From: Candidatus Hydrogenedentota bacterium
GTDB lineage: Bacteria > Hydrogenedentota > Hydrogenedentia > Hydrogenedentales > SLHB01
Direction: 5' to 3'
Length of the DNA: 64,000 nucleotides
Assembly: GCA_963745075.1 (NCBI GenBank)
Contig: CAVUWV010000036.1
Span: forward strand, 256,001 to 320,000
Numbering within the stretch: the stretch's first letter is position 1; every line of letters begins with the position of its first letter. The position numbers and the translations under genes are program-made. Under the pieces are notes generated by a model. The model ran no database searches. It was not told the DNA's origin and saw only the letters and a list, made by a program, of their open reading frames with translations. Of the stretch, positions 60,516-64,000 are shown piece by piece.

Positions 60516-60571
60516 ACAGCAATAAAAAAAGCTGAACCGGCAGAAGATGGTTCAGCTTTTTTTATTGCTGT
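60516..60571. terminator. Bidirectional terminator
   Basis: ACAGCAATAAAAAAAGCTGAACC / GGTTCAGCTTTTTTTATTGCTGT between convergent genes. Confidence 0.9.
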
Positions 60572-60609
60572 AGAGAATATTTAATGTTGTCTACAGGTAA
60601 TTGCTTGTT

Positions 60610-62713
60610 TTAATCTCTGAGAAGCCCTCTGTTTTTAAGCAACGGTGTTATTTCAGGTTCACGTCCGCGGAAATTAACAAATAATTCCATCGGATCTTTT
60701 ACTCCGTTCAACTCGAGAATATTTTTTCTGAAAGAAGTGGCAGTAGCCTGATCAAAAATGCCCTTTTCCCTGAAAGCTTCATAGGCATCATTATCGAGCA
60801 CTGCAGCCCAGATGTAACTGTAATAACCTGCATCATAACCACCCATGATATGTTTGAAGTAGGTGCTCCGGTAACGGGGAAGAATTTCCGGAATCAATCC
60901 GATGCCATCCAGATAATCTTTTTCAAATTTATTGATATCCAAATCTTTGGGTTCGTTTTGCATATGATACTCCATATCGAGCATAGAAGCTGCCAGGTAT
61001 TCAACATTGTCAAAGCCCTGATTGAAATACGTACTTTTTTTCATCTTTTCGATGAGTTCATCAGGAATAGGCTCTCCGGTTTCGTAGTGTTTTGCATACA
61101 TATTGAGTACCTGCGGCTCAGTGGCCCAATGTTCCATGATCTGTGAAGGCAGTTCAACAAAATCGCGGGCTACAAAAGTTTCCGGATAATGATTTTTGGC
61201 AAACAGTCCGTCCAGTGAATGGCCAAACTCATGAAACAGAGTTTCAACCTCATCCATACTGAGCAATGCAGGCTTATCTCCTGATGGTTTAGTGAAGTTG
61301 GTAACTACGGTAACAACCGGTGTTACTTTTTTACCATCCTGCTGCACATAATATTCACGGTAATCCCCACACCATGCTCCTACTTCTTTGCTTGCGCGGG
61401 GATCAGAAATCCATATAAAGCACACCCAGGTGTGAACCATCAGCTTCCTTCACATCAAAAGCCATGGCATCCGGATGTGGCTTCGGAATGTCTTTGATCT
61501 CTGTGAAAGTAATGCCATACAACTTATTGGCAACAGAAAAAGCACCTTCACGCACATTATTTAATTCAAAATAAGGCCGTAACTCATTGTCATCCAAATC
61601 GTATTTTGCCTTACGAACCTTCTCGGCATAGTACCACCAGTCCCAGCTGGCCAGTTTAAAGTTTCCACCTTCATCATTGATCATCTGCTGCATGTCTTTG
61701 GCTTCTTGTTTAGAAACAGGCAGGGCAGCATCCCACAATTTATTCAACAAATTCATCACGTTTTCCGGCTTTTTAGCCATACGATCAGAAAGCCTGTAAC
61801 CGGCATAATTATCAAATCCAAGCAGGTGGGCTTTCTCTACCCGCAGTTTAAGGATATCAGAAAGTATTTGTTTATTGTCATACTGATCATCTTGATTGCC
61901 CCTGGTAGTATAACCCATATAAAGTTCTTTACGCAGGTCACGGTTTTTTGCGTATGTAAGAAAAGGAAGCATGGATGGTTTCTGGGTAGTGAAAACCCAT
62001 TTACCTTCCAGACTGTCTTCTTTGGCTGTTTGTGCAGCAGCCTGAATAACTGATGGCGGTAATCCGGCCAGATCTACTTCATTATCAATTACCAGCTTAA
62101 AATTATTGGTTTCGGCAAGTACATTCTGTTCGAATTTCAGGGTCAGCAGACTCAGCTTCTGATTTATTTCTTTTAATTGTTCCTTTTTGTCAGCAGGTAA
62201 ATTGGCACCATCCAGCACAAAACCCTTGTAAACATTTTCCAGTATATAGTTTTGTGTTTCATCCAGGTTCAGATCGGCTTTCTGGTCATACACAGCTTTA
62301 ACACGTTTGAAAAGCTCAGGATTCAGACCAATCTCATCAAAATGGGCTGATAGCTTAGGGGAGATCTCTTCGGCAATCTGCTGCATCTCATCATTGGTAC
62401 TGGCACTGTTAAGCCCGTAAAAAACCGATGCTACCTTGCCTAGCAAATGGCCGCTATAAGCCATTGCCTCAATTGTATTTTCAAATGTTGGCGCTTCAGG
62501 ATTGTTTACTATTGCAGCAATCTCATCACTATGCTGCTTCATGGCTTCTTCAAAAGCCGGAATATAATCATTGTTAGTGATCTTGTCGAATGGCGGAACC
62601 CCAAATGGTGTGTTGTACTCCGTCAGAAAGGGATTTGATACAGCTTCTTTCTTTTGCTGACACGAAGGCAAAAGAAAAAGGGCCGTAAAACCCAGGAAAA
62701 ATAATCGCTTCAT
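60610..62713 (-). CDS. dcp: M3 peptidyl-dipeptidase lipoprotein, frameshift at ~61405
   Basis: LLPSC lipobox; TLFHEFGH; RDFVELPSQ; AGYYSY.WA; removing one base restores YMDFYPRASK. Confidence 0.9.
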
Positions 62714-62859
62714 AAATAAAATTTTAGTTAAATGGTTATCAATATGGATAAATTATCTGCTCATTTTGAATGAATAGCTTCTGTAAAATTGAAGATTAAA
62801 TAAACAAAAAATTATGCAAAGGTCAATGGGGTTGAAGGTCATACCTGTTGTACAACAGA

Positions 62860-63999
62860 TTACGGATGTATCCCCACTTCAACAACAGGTATTTCAATAA
62901 TCTTCACCGGTCCCAGTAACCCGGAAGCACGCAGATATTTCTCAGCATCAGGGGCCTCAAACTTATGTACATTGGTCTGTGTGATGCGCTGACTCTCAGG
63001 CAACTTACTGTCTCCAATTAACCGGTTAGGCCATAGATTGACAACGGCTACTTTTAATTCATTATTCCCTTTTTGAACATACGGAGTAATCTCCACCTGA
63101 AAAGGCGCCTTCCAGCTCAGTGGCAATTCATGTCCGTTAACTGTAATGACTGCCATCTCCTGCACGTTTCCCAGATCCAGCAGGATCTTGTTATTTTTCA
63201 ATTCCGGTTTGTTTAGTTCGAAAGAATTAATGTAAACTGCTTTACCCGAATAATATTTAATACCATCCTGCTGGAAGTCAGTCCACGATTTTAGTGAGTC
63301 AACCGATATCTGTTCCGGGCCTCCCGGAACAGTATCAAAGCGGAGGATCCAGGGACTATTAATAGTCTGGAACGATAGGGTTTTTTCTCCGCTAATTCTG
63401 CTCGTTTGTCCGTCCGACCATGTCAGTGTGTAATTCCCCTGTTCATATATTTCAGCAGACAGTCCATTTCTGGGATCATTCAACGAGATCAGCGGATACT
63501 TGCCCGATCCGAATTCATTATTGGGAAATACCTGTTTTCCGTCTTTTTTTATTTCTACAATATGAGGCTCAGGCTGAACGGTTCTAAACACAATAAATTC
63601 AGACCCTTCCGGAGTAAAATGCAGCGGGATTAAAGTTCGGCCATTTTCTTCCCTCCAGGTATGAATTTTTGAGATCTCGCCGGTCAGAGGATTCCAAAGT
63701 TCCGGTACTTTTCCGGTTACTCTGAAACTGCATTCCGTCTGCTCATAACGATCGGGCAAACTGGTCAGATACCTGTATTTGAAATCATTGATGCCTTTCC
63801 GGTTAAATTTATTAACTACAAAATAAATTTCCTGGTCATTAGTGGTTCGATGTATATAATTAAGTCCGGTATTTTCATCGGATCCGGTAAAGGTAAAATC
63901 GGGGTTCACATTCATATCAGCCAGCACATGATTAATATCCTCTCCCCAGATAACCTTTCCTTTACCGTAAATATGTTCTCTACTGTTTTTACCGTCAAT
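62860..63999 (-). CDS. GH106 alpha-L-rhamnosidase-like protein, C-terminal part (5'-partial)
   Basis: YGKGKVIWG, YIHR....EIYFV.N, PELWNP, IKYYSG, N.WPNRLIGD, SGLLGPV; frame open to window end. Confidence 0.85.
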   Translation of the reverse strand: MDGKNSREHIYGKGKVIWGEDINHVLADMNVNPDFTFTGSDENTGLNYIHRTTNDQEIYFVVNKFNRKGINDFKYRYLTSLPDRYEQTECSFRVTGKVPELWNPLTGEISKIHTWREENGRTLIPLHFTPEGSEFIVFRTVQPEPHIVEIKKDGKQVFPNNEFGSGKYPLISLNDPRNGLSAEIYEQGNYTLTWSDGQTSRISGEKTLSFQTINSPWILRFDTVPGGPEQISVDSLKSWTDFQQDGIKYYSGKAVYINSFELNKPELKNNKILLDLGNVQEMAVITVNGHELPLSWKAPFQVEITPYVQKGNNELKVAVVNLWPNRLIGDSKLPESQRITQTNVHKFEAPDAEKYLRASGLLGPVKIIEIPVVEVGIHP

Positions 64000-64000
64000 A

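Overview
The window looks like two unrelated genomes joined at about 48,790-48,945, across a T11...A25 low-complexity junction that truncates a gene. The left part (1 to ~48,860) is high-GC, by eye about 60-63%, and its gene content suggests a Hydrogenedentes/PVC-like bacterium (inference). It carries secreted CAZyme-like proteins, tolC, mutY, an acyl-CoA ligase, a partial type II secretion cluster and a DtxR-feoAAB operon. It also has tRNA-Met followed by an accessory island, mqsRA, a blaI/blaR1-type pair with operators, and at least seven REP-like palindrome families. The island holds an HGGxSTG protein, a 203-bp tandem array, a small protein + PIN pair, a HEPN protein, and a PLD-winged-helix nuclease + small protein. 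The right part is AT-rich, by eye about 40% GC, and Bacteroidota-like. It carries a truncated TANFOR-like protein, an outer-membrane barrel, a Crp-family regulator, a hybrid two-component system, a peptide MFS transporter, dcp and a partial GH106. Six genes have single-base frameshifts, which suggests uncorrected long-read data. The best candidate for an undescribed system is the nuclease-rich island at 26,572-29,369, including two small partner genes missing or mis-started in the ORF track. A promoter + N-terminus duplication at 29,677/31,304 is also notable. All family calls come from motif recognition by eye; no searches were run.
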